A stretch of 64,000 nt of DNA from an uncultured Hyphomonadaceae bacterium (lineage in GTDB: Bacteria; Pseudomonadota; Alphaproteobacteria; Caulobacterales; Hyphomonadaceae). The position numbers and the translations under genes are program-made. Below are positions 1 to 10,698 of this stretch, one piece after another. The notes beneath the pieces were generated by a model. The model did no database searches, had not been told where the DNA came from, and was given only the letters and a program-made list of their open reading frames with translations. Position 1 is the stretch's first letter. The number at the start of each line of letters is the position of its first letter. The DNA is taken from positions 26,971 through 90,970 of the forward strand of contig CAYGPZ010000009.1 of the NCBI GenBank assembly GCA_964352025.1. Direction: 5' to 3'.

Positions 1-144
1 TTTTTGTGGGATGGCCGAAGAGATTGGGCCTTTGAGTTTAGCTTACGAAAAATTGTGCTGAAGAGCTATTGTACCCGTGTAGAATAGTCTGAGCGCGGAT
101 GATTCTCCGGTGTGTGCCTATTAAAAATTATATGAGTATTGTTG

Positions 145-810
145 ATGAAAGTCATAGGGATTGAAAAATTGAAACATCGTTTTTTTATTGGTTTTCTATC
201 AATGATTTTGGTTGGATGTGAGACGGTCGAAAATGGCCAACAGCAAGCTCCGCCTTTGCCGCCGTCTGAAGAAGTTACACCAGTTGTCCCACCTCAACCT
301 GTGGAACGTGACTTGTCTTTGGGGCCAAGACCTAAAACAGTGCCAGTAGAACGTGTTGGTGAAAGTGAAATTCCTCCTGCTGTTCAAGGTGCTGTGTCTT
401 CTGCCTCAGTATCTGTAGAACGACCAAATCCTGAAAAAGGTGCATTGGCCGGTATAACGAGAGCGCACACATATGCGCTTCAAGCAAAAGGCCAGAGAGG
501 CTTGGAATGGTCTGATGGTTTAGCGCAACGTGCTTCTTTGCAAGTGAAGCAAATGCCTGATGGAATGTGCGCGGTATCAAAAGAAACTGTGCTTGGGGCA
601 GCAGGAGAAGCTGTTTATGTCGAACCATCCGGACTGGACAGCAAAGGAAATGCGCGTGCGGTCACATTATCAGTTAAAAAAATCGTCGATCGTTTTATGA
701 CCGCGAAAGAAGGTGCCTTTTCTATGGGAAATGCAGGCGCAAGTATTATTGGGTGCGCTATGACACAGTGCTCAAATCACGCTCAAATTGTTCTTTGCCG
801 GTTGAAATAA
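145..810 (+). CDS. Putative lipoprotein with C-terminal CAP/SCP (PR-1-like) domain
   Basis: ORF 139..810 with an ATG at 145. Hydrophobic N-terminus ends in a lipobox-like LVGC. Pro-rich linker (PPLPPSEEVTPVVPPQP). The C-terminal ~130 aa loosely resemble the CAP/SCP family. Product is recognition-level only. Confidence 0.5.
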   Translation: MKVIGIEKLKHRFFIGFLSMILVGCETVENGQQQAPPLPPSEEVTPVVPPQPVERDLSLGPRPKTVPVERVGESEIPPAVQGAVSSASVSVERPNPEKGALAGITRAHTYALQAKGQRGLEWSDGLAQRASLQVKQMPDGMCAVSKETVLGAAGEAVYVEPSGLDSKGNARAVTLSVKKIVDRFMTAKEGAFSMGNAGASIIGCAMTQCSNHAQIVLCRLK

Positions 811-938
811 AAGTACTAAATACATGGACGGGATGTGACCAGAAGTTCAAATGATGTTAACATCTAAAGGCTAGGTAGAGGTAGATATTCGTTTGTAACA
901 AGCTTGGTAGGGTGCGATGCACCCCAAGTGAGGGTTAA

Positions 939-1430
939 GTGCAGGTCACCAATCTCAATGCTGTAGATGTCCTAATTTACAGTCAGCACAAAAATCTCGT
1001 CCATCTAGAAAAAACAGCTCTTGAAGCTTTTGGTATCAGACGTGTCGAATCGGTAAAAACGCCTAAAGCACTAGAAGAGGCGATAAAGCATAATTTTCGA
1101 GACATCATAATAATCAACCACACGCCCGGACTGCCTATTGAGCCAACAGTAAGCAAAGTTCGCTCTGAAGCGGATGCATCAAACCCCTACGCGGTCGTTC
1201 TATTGATGACGTCCACGCCATCACGTCGAGTTGTCCGAGATGCTGTTATGGCAGGTGTAGACGGCGTTATGGCCTTGCCTTTTACTGGAAATGATTTGTG
1301 GCGTCAGCTCGTGCACTTTATCAATCGAAATCGTGCATTTGTAAGAACAGAAAAATACTTTGGGCCAGATCGCCGACGTCTTCAAAACATCAGATATGAT
1401 GGTGAAGAGCGTCGCGAAGAAGCTGCCTAA
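939..1430 (+). CDS. Stand-alone receiver (REC)-like protein with degenerate phospho-acceptor site
   Basis: GTG start with GAGGG about 6 nt upstream. Alternating beta/alpha pattern of a CheY-like receiver (DIIIINHTPGLP, VVLLMTSTPS, GVMALPF), but the acceptor Asp position reads Asn. Confidence 0.6.
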   Translation: MQVTNLNAVDVLIYSQHKNLVHLEKTALEAFGIRRVESVKTPKALEEAIKHNFRDIIIINHTPGLPIEPTVSKVRSEADASNPYAVVLLMTSTPSRRVVRDAVMAGVDGVMALPFTGNDLWRQLVHFINRNRAFVRTEKYFGPDRRRLQNIRYDGEERREEAA

Positions 1431-1431
1431 T

Positions 1432-2136
1432 TTAAGATTTTGCAAGAACAGAGTCTGCGACAAATCCATTTGTTAAACGCTCTTGGCCAAATGTGCTCAT
1501 CTGACCGTGACCCGGTATGAATCTCATATTATTTCCCAAAGGCCATAGTTTTTGAGTGATTGAATCCAATAATTGTTGGTGATTTCCGCGCGGGAAGTCT
1601 GTTCGACCTATAGAACCGTGAAATATAACGTCGCCGACAAATGCCAATTGCGCCACTTCATTGTAAATCACAACATGGCCGGGTGTGTGACCAGGGCAAT
1701 GGACGACGCCAAATGTCTGTCCAGCAAACTCTAGCGTGTCGCCATCATTCAAGTAGCGGTCTGATTTTGTATTGCGACCGTCTGTAATGCCATATTTTGC
1801 GCCTTGTGCTTCGATGTCATCTAAAAGCCATTGATCTTCTTCGTGCGGCCCCTCAATCGGAACATTCCATGTCTCTTTTAGAATTTGTGCTGCGCCTGCA
1901 TGGTCCAAATGTCCGTGGGTTAGCCATATCTTTTTGAGGGTTAGCCCAAAGTGCTTTAACGCGGCTTCTAACTGTTGAACATCTCCACCCGGATCAACGA
2001 AAACGGCTTCTTTGCTTTCTTCATCAAAGATGAGTGAGCAATTTTGTTGAAGTGGCGTGACAGGAATAATCTGAACTTTGAATGGAATGGGTGCATTCGC
2101 AGTGTGATTGGCTGGGTCAGATGGGGATGCTGTCAT
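1432..2136 (-). CDS. MBL-fold metallo-hydrolase (glyoxalase II-like)
   Basis: THGHLDHAG metal-binding motif, later HCPGHTPGH and a GDVIF..GSIGRTDF block. 234 aa. Confidence 0.85.
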   Translation of the reverse strand: MTASPSDPANHTANAPIPFKVQIIPVTPLQQNCSLIFDEESKEAVFVDPGGDVQQLEAALKHFGLTLKKIWLTHGHLDHAGAAQILKETWNVPIEGPHEEDQWLLDDIEAQGAKYGITDGRNTKSDRYLNDGDTLEFAGQTFGVVHCPGHTPGHVVIYNEVAQLAFVGDVIFHGSIGRTDFPRGNHQQLLDSITQKLWPLGNNMRFIPGHGQMSTFGQERLTNGFVADSVLAKS

Positions 2137-2329
2137 TATACTTCTTCACGTTTCAGGAGTGTTCGGACTTGTTTATATATAACGAAATTCGTGGGGCAAT
2201 GCTGTTTGGGTGAATAAGAATAGCTGGAATACTGCGAAGAAGTGTTTTTATTCCCACTGAGTCTGGTCTATGTTGCGTGTGCATTGGATTTAAATAAGAT
2301 CAATGTGGCCGGCTAGAGGGGAGATTAGC

Positions 2330-3292
2330 ATGCGTATACCAGCTTATTCACGTGGACGTCGTCGTCGCGGTGGCCTTCTTGGGGCGTTGGGTGGCCGTCT
2401 GCCAATTATTGGATTGGTCATAATTGGATTGGCATTTTATTGGTTTTCCAATCAGAAAACAGGAATTGCTGGGCGTAAGCAGATGGTGACCATGTCTGTT
2501 GAGCAGGAAGTTGCTCTTGGCGATCAGTCATATCTACAAATTCTACAGTCTCAGCCTGTCTTGTGCAAGCGGGGCGGTACGTCTTGTGACATCAATGAGC
2601 AAGAAGTTGTGCAGATTATCAATAAGATAGGTGAGGATATTGCCCGTGCTGCCGTTGAATGGGAGCGCGAAGGTGCGCCTGTTATTGGTCTAGGCAAACC
2701 GGCGGGACAAATTCCATCATGGGGAACATTGGCTGATAAATTCGAATGGGAATTTAAAGTCATTGCGTCTGACACGCCAAATGCTTTTTGTCTGCCGGGA
2801 GGCAAGGTCGCATTCTATACCGGAATCCTGCCCACAGCAGCTAATAAAGACGGTATAGCAACCATTATGGGTCACGAAATTGGTCATGCCTTAGCGCGTC
2901 ATGGTGCCGAGCGTATGTCTCAGGCGAAGATGATGCAGTTTGGTCAAATGGCCGTAGGTGCCAGTGTTGGCGATATGGGCGCTGGAGCACAGAGGGCCGT
3001 TATGGGCGCGTTTGGTTTGGGTGCCGATGTCGGTGTGATGAAGCCATTCTCTCGTTCACATGAGAGCGAAGCAGACATGATCGGCTTAGAGCTGCTCACA
3101 CGCGCCTGTTATGATCCGCGCGAGGCACCGCTTCTTTGGGGACGTATGGCGCAATTGGGCGGCGGGAAGCGTCAATCAGAGATTATGTCGACACACCCGG
3201 ATCCTGAAAAACGTGCGCAAGCCTTCATTGATGTTATGCCGGAATATATAGCGCTTTACGAAGAAAAATGTGGCCGCTTACCTCCAAGATAG
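2330..3292 (+). CDS. M48 family metallopeptidase (membrane anchored)
   Basis: HEIGHALARH zinc motif. Arg-rich N-terminus followed by one TM helix. ATG at 2330 preceded by GAGGGGAG; the track ORF starts at 2303. Confidence 0.85.
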   Translation: MRIPAYSRGRRRRGGLLGALGGRLPIIGLVIIGLAFYWFSNQKTGIAGRKQMVTMSVEQEVALGDQSYLQILQSQPVLCKRGGTSCDINEQEVVQIINKIGEDIARAAVEWEREGAPVIGLGKPAGQIPSWGTLADKFEWEFKVIASDTPNAFCLPGGKVAFYTGILPTAANKDGIATIMGHEIGHALARHGAERMSQAKMMQFGQMAVGASVGDMGAGAQRAVMGAFGLGADVGVMKPFSRSHESEADMIGLELLTRACYDPREAPLLWGRMAQLGGGKRQSEIMSTHPDPEKRAQAFIDVMPEYIALYEEKCGRLPPR

Positions 3293-3555
3293 AATTGGTT
3301 AATGGCACGGTAAGGAGTTGCTTCTTTTTGGAGCGCTAGTCGTTGAAGTGCTGTGTCTTTGTGCAGTGTGCTTAGGTCGTTAATTTCTACTAAGGTTTTG
3401 GTAGGGGTCACATCATTTCTAGTTGCTTTTCAGCTGTTTGTAGGAGCGGTATTTTTTGAAGGAACGTGTTCCTTTTTCCTGAAATATAGCTGTTTGGTTG
3501 TCGGGATTTTCCCGTAGGAAAAGAGAATTACAACGCTTTTCTACGGGGATTGCTG

Positions 3556-4599
3556 ATGAGTGCTTCGAATAGTCAAAGTGATATTTCTAGGGTTGTGCAG
3601 GGCACTGAGCGCGCGCGCAAGATAACTGATGGCAAGGTTCGTGATATCCAGCGCGTGAATGCAAGCCTTAGAATGTTAGCCTTTAACGCTTTGATTGAAG
3701 CTAAGCGGGTGGGGGAGCTCGGGGCAGGATTTGGCGTTGTTGCGGACGAGGTTAAGGGAATTTCCACTAGCGTGGACTCATTAGCGCAAAGCCTTTCAAG
3801 TGAACTTGTCGCAGAAATCAGCAGTCTTGAAACGACAGTCAAAGGCATGATCGCACAGGCCAACGGCAAACGCCTGATGGACCTTTCATTGAATGCTATT
3901 GAGCTGATGGACAGAAATCTGTTTGAACGTACGTGTGATGTGCGCTGGTGGGCAACAGATTCAGCGCTTGTTGATGCAGCTGATAATTCATCTGCTGAAG
4001 ATATCGAATATGCATGTAAACGGTTAGGCGTTATTCTAAGCGCATACACGGTTTATGTGGATTTGTGGCTTTGTGACATGAATGGAAAAGTCATAGCCAA
4101 TGGCCGTCCTGAAAGGTTTTCTGTGATTGGCGAAGATGTCAGTGATAAGTCCTGGTATCGGAATGCCAGACAATTGCATTCGGGTGACGATTATACGGTT
4201 GCCGATGTAACTGAAGAATATTTGCTACAGAATACTCAGATTGCGACATACGCAACAACCGTTCGGAAGGATGGAGATGCCAATGGAGAACCTATTGGGG
4301 TATTGGGTGTTCATTTTGACTGGAAACCACAGGCAGAAGCGATTGTGAACGGAATCCGTCTCAGTGATGACGAAGCTGAGCGCTCAAGTATATTATTGGT
4401 TGATAATCGAAATACCGTGATTGCGTCTAATGATCCGAATAAAAGATTGGGCGATAAAGTCGATCTTAAATGTACAGATCCAACGTCTGGCTATTATTCA
4501 ACACCAAAAGGCGAGACTGTCGGATACCACCTGACGCCTGGATATGAGACGTATGAAGGTTTGGGTTGGAAAGGCGTTATAATTCAACGCCCTTCTTAG
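3556..4599 (+). CDS. Soluble protein: short MCP signalling-tip-like helical segment followed by a Cache/PDC-like domain
   Basis: LRMLAFNALIEAKRVGELGAGFGVVADEVKGIS resembles the conserved MCP hairpin tip (LALNAAIEAARAGE.GRGFAVVADEVR). No TM segment. The C-terminal ~230 aa are mixed alpha/beta and sensor-like. Confidence 0.6.
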   Translation: MSASNSQSDISRVVQGTERARKITDGKVRDIQRVNASLRMLAFNALIEAKRVGELGAGFGVVADEVKGISTSVDSLAQSLSSELVAEISSLETTVKGMIAQANGKRLMDLSLNAIELMDRNLFERTCDVRWWATDSALVDAADNSSAEDIEYACKRLGVILSAYTVYVDLWLCDMNGKVIANGRPERFSVIGEDVSDKSWYRNARQLHSGDDYTVADVTEEYLLQNTQIATYATTVRKDGDANGEPIGVLGVHFDWKPQAEAIVNGIRLSDDEAERSSILLVDNRNTVIASNDPNKRLGDKVDLKCTDPTSGYYSTPKGETVGYHLTPGYETYEGLGWKGVIIQRPS

Positions 4600-4640
4600 A
4601 GAATTTAGATTCATTAGTTCGTAAAATTCATCATTGCACA

Positions 4641-4670
4641 AAAAAGCAGAGTGCGAGACTCTGCTTTTTA
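4641..4670. terminator. Bidirectional rho-independent terminator between convergent genes
   Basis: AAAAA-GCAGAGT-gcgag-ACTCTGC-TTTTT. A-run upstream and T-run downstream. Confidence 0.7.
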
Positions 4671-4687
4671 GTTTGAATATTGAATGA

Positions 4688-5917
4688 CTATTTTGAAGAC
4701 TTCATCAAATCTGCAAATCTTTCAAACAGATAGAATGAGTCTTGAGGGCCTGGGCTGGCTTCTGGGTGATGCTGAACAGAAATGATCGGCTTTCCAACGA
4801 CTTTCAATCCCGAATTTGTGCCATCAAACAAAGATATGTGAGATTGCTCGACACCTTCAGGCAGTGTGTCCGGATCGACTGTAAATCCGTGGTTCATAGA
4901 CACAATTTCTACTTTTCCAGTTTCTAGGTCTTTCACTGGGTGGTTCGCCCCGTGGTGACCTTGAGCCATTTTCTTGGTTTTAGCTCCAAGGCTAAGAGCA
5001 AGCATTTGGTGGCCCAGACAAATTCCTAGAATTGGCTTGTTGGATTCAATAATGGCTTGGATCATTGGCGCTGCATATTCACCAGTTGCAGCTGGATCAC
5101 CTGGTCCATTGGAAAGAACTATTCCGTCTGGATTAAGTGATAGTATGTCTTCAGCAGAGGCAGAGGCGGGTAATATAGTGGCGCGTGCACCAACATTTGC
5201 GAGGTTACGCAAAATGTTTTTCTTTACTCCAAAGTCTACGACAACAACATGGAACTGAGCTGATTCTAGATTTCCGTAACCATCTTTGATGTCCCAAAGT
5301 TCTTCTGAGTTTTCGAACTTCTCAGAGGTCGTGACCGTTTTGGCCAGATCCGCACCTTCAACGCCGCTCCAATTGCGGGCAGCTTCAAGGAGTGCTGTTT
5401 TGTCGATCTCACCATCAGGAGCGTTTATAACGGCTACTTTTTGCATGCCGCCTTCACGAATGCGATTTGTCAGTGCGCGTGTATCAACGCCGGAAATTCC
5501 GACAATACCTTTTTTTGTTAGCCATGCATCTAGATGGTCAGCTGCACGCCAATTGGCAGGTGTCGTGGTTTGAGCTCTAAAGATCGCAGCACGTGCAGCG
5601 GATTCTGCATTTTTACTGCTTTCTTCATTGTCTTCTTCATTTGCACCGACATTTCCAATGTGAGGAAATGTAAATAAAATAACTTGATCTGAGTAAGATG
5701 GGTCTGTCAGGATTTCTTGGTACCCTGTGATTGATGTATTGAAACACAACTCACCAACAGCAAGCCCACTTGCCCCTGAACCGCGGCCAAAAACGATCGT
5801 GCCATCTTCTAACGCGATTGCTCCAGTCGCTTTTTGTGGAGAATTCAAGGTGTTTTCAGATTGGTTTTCTGAATTAAACTTTGTGTTAGGGTCTTGATTG
5901 GCAACCTGTTTGGGCAT
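4688..5917 (-). CDS. carA: Carbamoyl-phosphate synthase small (glutaminase) subunit
   Basis: Full-length similarity to CarA. Class-I amidotransferase block [14 protein letters not shown] and HHPEASPGP. Confidence 0.95.
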   Translation of the reverse strand: MPKQVANQDPNTKFNSENQSENTLNSPQKATGAIALEDGTIVFGRGSGASGLAVGELCFNTSITGYQEILTDPSYSDQVILFTFPHIGNVGANEEDNEESSKNAESAARAAIFRAQTTTPANWRAADHLDAWLTKKGIVGISGVDTRALTNRIREGGMQKVAVINAPDGEIDKTALLEAARNWSGVEGADLAKTVTTSEKFENSEELWDIKDGYGNLESAQFHVVVVDFGVKKNILRNLANVGARATILPASASAEDILSLNPDGIVLSNGPGDPAATGEYAAPMIQAIIESNKPILGICLGHQMLALSLGAKTKKMAQGHHGANHPVKDLETGKVEIVSMNHGFTVDPDTLPEGVEQSHISLFDGTNSGLKVVGKPIISVQHHPEASPGPQDSFYLFERFADLMKSSK

Positions 5918-6083
5918 AAGAGCGCGCCTTCTTGAATTATTACAGCGTGTTCATAACTATTGACTCACGACGTTTTTCGCACGTGAATAGAGACTTGAAG
6001 GATTATCAGTCAAGATGTGTAGACTTAAAACCTTCATTTTAGGTGATGAAAACGGTTCGACTATTAGCAGGACAAATAGATAA

Positions 6084-6584
6084 ATGTCACTTGCCTTAGA
6101 TCAAAAAGTTGAAGATGGCACAAAAATGCGTCTTCGTGAGGTGTTAAAAGCAGAACTTTCGAATGCTGAAGTCGGCGGTCAAGAGACGCGAGCAGCGACG
6201 TTGCGTCTGGTTTTATGTGCCGTACGCGACCGGGATATCAAGGCGCGTAAAAAAGACGAGAGCCGTGGATGTGAAGAGAGTGAAATCAACGCTATTCTGG
6301 AGCATATGATTGCGCAACGCGAAGCTGCAGCTAAAGACTATGACGACGCTGGTAAGATCGGGCTCGCCGAACAAGAGCGCGAAGAAATCGAAACATTGCT
6401 GGAATTTATGCCAAAAGCGCTGTCCTGCGAGGAAATCGAAAACGCGGCCAAGGATGTTGTTGGAGAATTAGAGGCAGAATGTCTAAAAGATCTGGGGCGC
6501 TGTGTATCTGAATTAAAGGCACGTTATCCTGATCAAATCGAATCTGCAGCAGCCAAGTCTGCAGTTAAAAAACTTCTTCTCTAA
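6084..6584 (+). CDS. GatB/YqeY domain-containing protein
   Basis: ATLRLVLCAVRDRDI...ILEHMIAQREAAAKDYDDAGKIGLAEQEREEIETLLEFMP pattern typical of YqeY. The start may instead be Met15 (6126). Confidence 0.8.
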   Translation: MSLALDQKVEDGTKMRLREVLKAELSNAEVGGQETRAATLRLVLCAVRDRDIKARKKDESRGCEESEINAILEHMIAQREAAAKDYDDAGKIGLAEQEREEIETLLEFMPKALSCEEIENAAKDVVGELEAECLKDLGRCVSELKARYPDQIESAAAKSAVKKLLL

Positions 6585-6662
6585 TTAGATTTCATTTTTA
6601 AGGTTAATTTTTTGACTGACGCGGCGTATATCCTACGCTAGAGTGGGATTCCGAGAGGTGTA

Positions 6663-8600
6663 ATGCGGTTTTCAGAAGCTTTCATTGATGAATTAAAAGA
6701 TCGTCTTCCGATATCTGGGTATATCGGACGCAAGGTTAAGCTTGTGCGTTCTGGAAAAAACTTCAAAGGATTGTCTCCCTTTAAAGATGAAAAAACGCCG
6801 TCTTTTTATGTGGATGACGAGAAGCGATCCTATAGATGTTTTTCGACCCAGCAATCGGGCGATATAATTTCTTATGTTCAGGAAACAGAAGGCTTAAGCT
6901 TTCAGGAAGCCGTTGAAAAACTCGTTCAGATGGCTGGCATGGATATGCCGACTGAAAGTGCTTCTGAAAAGAAACAAGTCAAAAAACGCAAATCTCTTTT
7001 TGAACTTATGGAAGCTGCCGTTGCATTCTATGAGGCTCAGTTAAGGGAAGATGTCGGACGAGAAGCACGGGACTATTTGCAAAAAAGTCGCGGACTGAAA
7101 GAATCTGCTTGGAAAAGGCACCGCATCGGATACGCGCCGGAAGGGTGGCAGACTTTACACGATCATTTGGTCAAACAAGGTGCTACGGCAAAAGAACTCT
7201 TGGAGATCGGGCTGGTTCGTCCATCCAAGAATACAAGCAAGCCTCCATATGATGCTTTTCGCCATCGTATTATTTTTCCAATTCTTGACCCGACTGGGCG
7301 TCCGATCGCTTTGGGTGGTCGTGCACTTGAGGCGAGTGAGGTGCTCAAAGAAAAGGGCATTCCAAAATACGTAAATTCGTCTGAAACGCCGTTGTTTCAC
7401 AAATCATCGGTCATCTATAATTATGGTCGTGCACGTGATGCAATTTATAAATTATCCCGCAATGCTGCGTCAGATGATCCGTTTGCGCGTGGCCTGATTG
7501 TTTCTGAAGGCTATATGGATGTGATTGCCATGGCGGAACACGGCTTTACGACAGCCGTTGCACCTATGGGGACTGCGCTGACCGAAGAGCAGTTGAAAAT
7601 GCTATGGCGGGGCGGTCCTGAACCAATCATGTGTTTTGACGGTGATGAAGCAGGTAAGAAGGCAGCTATGCGGGCTGTTGATCTGGCGCTGCCTATGCTG
7701 GAACCGGGTAAGTCAGTCTATGTGACGCTTCTGCCGCAGGGGCTGGATCCGGACGATTTGTTGAAAACAGATGGCGGAGTTGCTGGCCTAAGAGATTTAC
7801 TTAGAAACGCGCGGCCTCTTGTTGATTTGCTATGGGAAAGAGAATTGAAAAAAGAGCCACTCGATACGCCAGAACGTCGGGCAGGTTTCGAGGCGCGTCT
7901 CGATGAAGCAGTGGCAAGTATTTTAAATGAGCAAGTGCGTGCTGCTTATGTGCGCGAGTTGAAAGATCGCCGTTATCAATATTACCGAGATCAGCGGTCG
8001 AGTAAGCAGGGCAATAAAGACGACCGTCCATGGAAGTTTAAAGGGAATTCTCGTTATAGCGGACGCAATATTCCACAAGGGCCGATTGTTAAGTTAGCGG
8101 ACACGCGCGGCTTGGCAGGTCGAGGTGGCTTAGGTATGATTATACGTGCGATTGATAGCCCCGCATTGATGGAAGAAGCCAAAGAATTGCTCGCAATGGC
8201 TGATTTTGGAGATGAAAACCTAATTTCTCTAAGAAATGCGGCTTTAGATGTACAAGATTTTGGGGAAAAGGTTGACCGCGACGCAATTGCAGCCCATTTA
8301 CGGAGTCTTGGCCGCACAAGTTCTGCGAAACTGCTCGAAGAGTATCCTAATCAGGAGCCCATAGACCCATCTTCTACGATAGGGCGTGAGTGGCTCGCTG
8401 CACTGGAGCGTTTCCCAACTGTTGCGGCTCTGAGAGACGAGGCGGAGAGCGAGAAGAATGCGTTCGCTTCAGCTAACGGAGTCGAGGAACACAAAGCGGA
8501 ATGGGCACGTCGAAAAAGACTAGTGGCAGAGCGACAGGCATTGAAAGCGAAGTCACAAGAAATGTTGGACGATATTACCACAAGCAATTCACAGGATTGA
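6663..8600 (+). CDS. dnaG: DNA primase
   Basis: N-terminal zinc-ribbon region (PFKDEKTPSFYV), TOPRIM block (IVSEGYMDVIAM...CFDGDEAGKKAA). GAGAGG RBS. Confidence 0.95.
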   Translation: MRFSEAFIDELKDRLPISGYIGRKVKLVRSGKNFKGLSPFKDEKTPSFYVDDEKRSYRCFSTQQSGDIISYVQETEGLSFQEAVEKLVQMAGMDMPTESASEKKQVKKRKSLFELMEAAVAFYEAQLREDVGREARDYLQKSRGLKESAWKRHRIGYAPEGWQTLHDHLVKQGATAKELLEIGLVRPSKNTSKPPYDAFRHRIIFPILDPTGRPIALGGRALEASEVLKEKGIPKYVNSSETPLFHKSSVIYNYGRARDAIYKLSRNAASDDPFARGLIVSEGYMDVIAMAEHGFTTAVAPMGTALTEEQLKMLWRGGPEPIMCFDGDEAGKKAAMRAVDLALPMLEPGKSVYVTLLPQGLDPDDLLKTDGGVAGLRDLLRNARPLVDLLWERELKKEPLDTPERRAGFEARLDEAVASILNEQVRAAYVRELKDRRYQYYRDQRSSKQGNKDDRPWKFKGNSRYSGRNIPQGPIVKLADTRGLAGRGGLGMIIRAIDSPALMEEAKELLAMADFGDENLISLRNAALDVQDFGEKVDRDAIAAHLRSLGRTSSAKLLEEYPNQEPIDPSSTIGREWLAALERFPTVAALRDEAESEKNAFASANGVEEHKAEWARRKRLVAERQALKAKSQEMLDDITTSNSQD

Positions 8601-8648
8601 TTTGCCAGATACAGCTGGGCGAGAGCGTATTCTGGGCGGGAGATTTGA

Positions 8649-10697
8649 ATGACTAAAACACAAACCGATAATGAAGAAGTTGCTGAAAACCAGGATGGGC
8701 CAGTACTTGATTTATCGAATGCAAGTGTAAAGAAATTTATCGCAGCTGGTAAAGCGCGTGGTTTCGTTACACATGATGAATTGAACAAAGTTCTTCCATC
8801 GGACGAAGTAAACCCTGACCAGATTGAAGACATCATGTCTGCTCTGAGTGAGATGGGCATTAACGTTGTCGATTCTGAAGATGAAGTAGAAGAAAATTCA
8901 GAAGCCGAAGCGACTGGCACGAAAGTCACGAAAGCGAAATCCACCGCGGCGACAACAGGTGGCCGTTCGGATCGTTATGATCGTACTGATGACCCTGTCC
9001 GCATGTATTTGCGTGAGATGGGAACTGTAGAGCTTCTCTCCCGTGAAGGTGAGATAGCTATTGCCAAGCGTATCGAGGCTGGCCGCGATGCAATGATCCG
9101 TGGGCTTTGTGAAAGCCCGCTTACATTTGAAGCGATCATGGTCTGGCGTCAGGAGCTTGAAGACGAGCGGGTTCTTCTGCGTGACATTATCGACCTTGAA
9201 GCAACTTATGCAGCTGCAAATGGTGGTGTGCCAGATAACTCTGCTGCGGCTGTTGCTTTGGAAAAAGGTGAGCTGCTTCCAGAGCCTGTGAAAACACCTG
9301 AGCAAATTGCTGCTGAGAAAAAAGCTGAAGAAGAGGCTGCCGCTAAAGCAAAACGTATTGCTGATGGTGTTGAAGAGCCTGAAGACGAAAACAAAAACGA
9401 AGAAGACGATGACGATTTCGATGATGGCGGCGCAATGTCCATGTCCGCCATGGAAGCAGAGCTTCGCGAAGGCGTAACGGAAATTCTAGACAATGTAGCG
9501 TCAGAATTCCAAGCATACCGCCGTTTGCAGGAAAAACTGGTGACACGGCACCTTGAAGGTAAAGAGCTTTCTCCAAAAGATTCAGAGGAATATCTCAACC
9601 TTCAAAACGAGATTATCGAAAACCTCAAAAAACTTCACCTGAACAACGCCCGTATTGAGACATTGGTTGAGCAGCTTTACGCGATCAACAAGCGTTTGAT
9701 GAGCCTTGAAGGTGGATTGATGCGTCTTTCGGATGCGCATGGCGTGCCGCGTAAGTCTTTCCTCGACAATTACTTTGGTACCGAGCTTGAGCCGGATTGG
9801 GGAGAGCGCGTTTCTGCGATTTCCGCCAAATGGAAAAAGTTCATTGCGGCTGAAAGCAATAAAGTTGAAGAAATGCGCGCTGAAATTTCTGGTCTATCTC
9901 AGGAAATGGGCGTGCCGATTGAAGACTTCCGCCGCATTGTGGCGACCGTTCAAAAAGGTGAGCGCGAAGCACGCGTGGCCAAAAAAGAGATGGTCGAAGC
10001 CAACCTTCGCCTTGTGATCTCTATCGCCAAAAAATACACAAACCGTGGGCTTCAATTCTTGGATCTGATCCAAGAGGGAAATATCGGTTTGATGAAAGCG
10101 GTTGATAAGTTTGAATATCGCCGTGGTTACAAATTCTCGACATATGCCACATGGTGGATCCGTCAGGCGATCACGCGGTCTATCGCGGATCAGGCCCGTA
10201 CAATCCGTATTCCTGTGCACATGATAGAGACGATCAACAAGATCGTACGGACTCAGCGTCAAATGCTTCACGAAATTGGCCGCGAACCAACACCGGAAGA
10301 ATTGGCCGACAAGCTTGGCTTGCCGCTTGAGAAAATCCGTAAGGTTCTCAAAATCGCAAAAGAGCCAATCTCTCTTGAAACGCCAATCGGTGATGATGAA
10401 GATTCAAACCTTGGTGACTTCATCGAGGATAAAATGGCGCTTCTGCCTGTGGATGCGGCGATCCAGTCTAACTTGCGTGAAACAACAACACGCGTTCTGG
10501 CTTCGCTAACACCACGTGAAGAGCGTGTTCTACGTATGCGTTTTGGTATCGGGATGAATACAGACCACACACTTGAAGAAGTCGGTCAGCAATTCTCGGT
10601 GACACGTGAACGTATCCGTCAGATCGAAGCCAAAGCGCTCCGCAAACTGAAACACCCAAGCCGCTCACGTAAGTTGAGAAGTTTCTTGGATACGTAG
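8649..10697 (+). CDS. rpoD: RNA polymerase sigma factor RpoD (sigma-70)
   Basis: Region 2 ([41 protein letters not shown]), regions 3 and 4 ([30 protein letters not shown]), and an acidic non-conserved insert. Confidence 0.97.
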   Translation: MTKTQTDNEEVAENQDGPVLDLSNASVKKFIAAGKARGFVTHDELNKVLPSDEVNPDQIEDIMSALSEMGINVVDSEDEVEENSEAEATGTKVTKAKSTAATTGGRSDRYDRTDDPVRMYLREMGTVELLSREGEIAIAKRIEAGRDAMIRGLCESPLTFEAIMVWRQELEDERVLLRDIIDLEATYAAANGGVPDNSAAAVALEKGELLPEPVKTPEQIAAEKKAEEEAAAKAKRIADGVEEPEDENKNEEDDDDFDDGGAMSMSAMEAELREGVTEILDNVASEFQAYRRLQEKLVTRHLEGKELSPKDSEEYLNLQNEIIENLKKLHLNNARIETLVEQLYAINKRLMSLEGGLMRLSDAHGVPRKSFLDNYFGTELEPDWGERVSAISAKWKKFIAAESNKVEEMRAEISGLSQEMGVPIEDFRRIVATVQKGEREARVAKKEMVEANLRLVISIAKKYTNRGLQFLDLIQEGNIGLMKAVDKFEYRRGYKFSTYATWWIRQAITRSIADQARTIRIPVHMIETINKIVRTQRQMLHEIGREPTPEELADKLGLPLEKIRKVLKIAKEPISLETPIGDDEDSNLGDFIEDKMALLPVDAAIQSNLRETTTRVLASLTPREERVLRMRFGIGMNTDHTLEEVGQQFSVTRERIRQIEAKALRKLKHPSRSRKLRSFLDT

Positions 10698-10698
10698 T

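Noticed and set aside
3461-3472. GGAAC-GT-GTTCC palindrome upstream of the MCP-tip/Cache gene, considered as a possible SOS box.
   Set aside because: The alphaproteobacterial LexA box is a direct repeat with a 7-nt spacer (GTTC-N7-GTTC). This is an inverted repeat with a 2-nt spacer. It is a single occurrence and I cannot assign it a regulator.
4688-5917. carA without an adjacent carB.
   Set aside because: Separation of carA and carB is common in Alphaproteobacteria, so this is not evidence of anything unusual.
8351-9598. Long minus-strand ORFs (8351..8944, 8898..9305, 9206..9598) antisense to dnaG and rpoD.
   Set aside because: They lie entirely within strongly supported plus-strand genes. 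Their translations are Ser/Ala/Phe-rich and low in complexity, as is typical of shadow frames, and they have no RBS.
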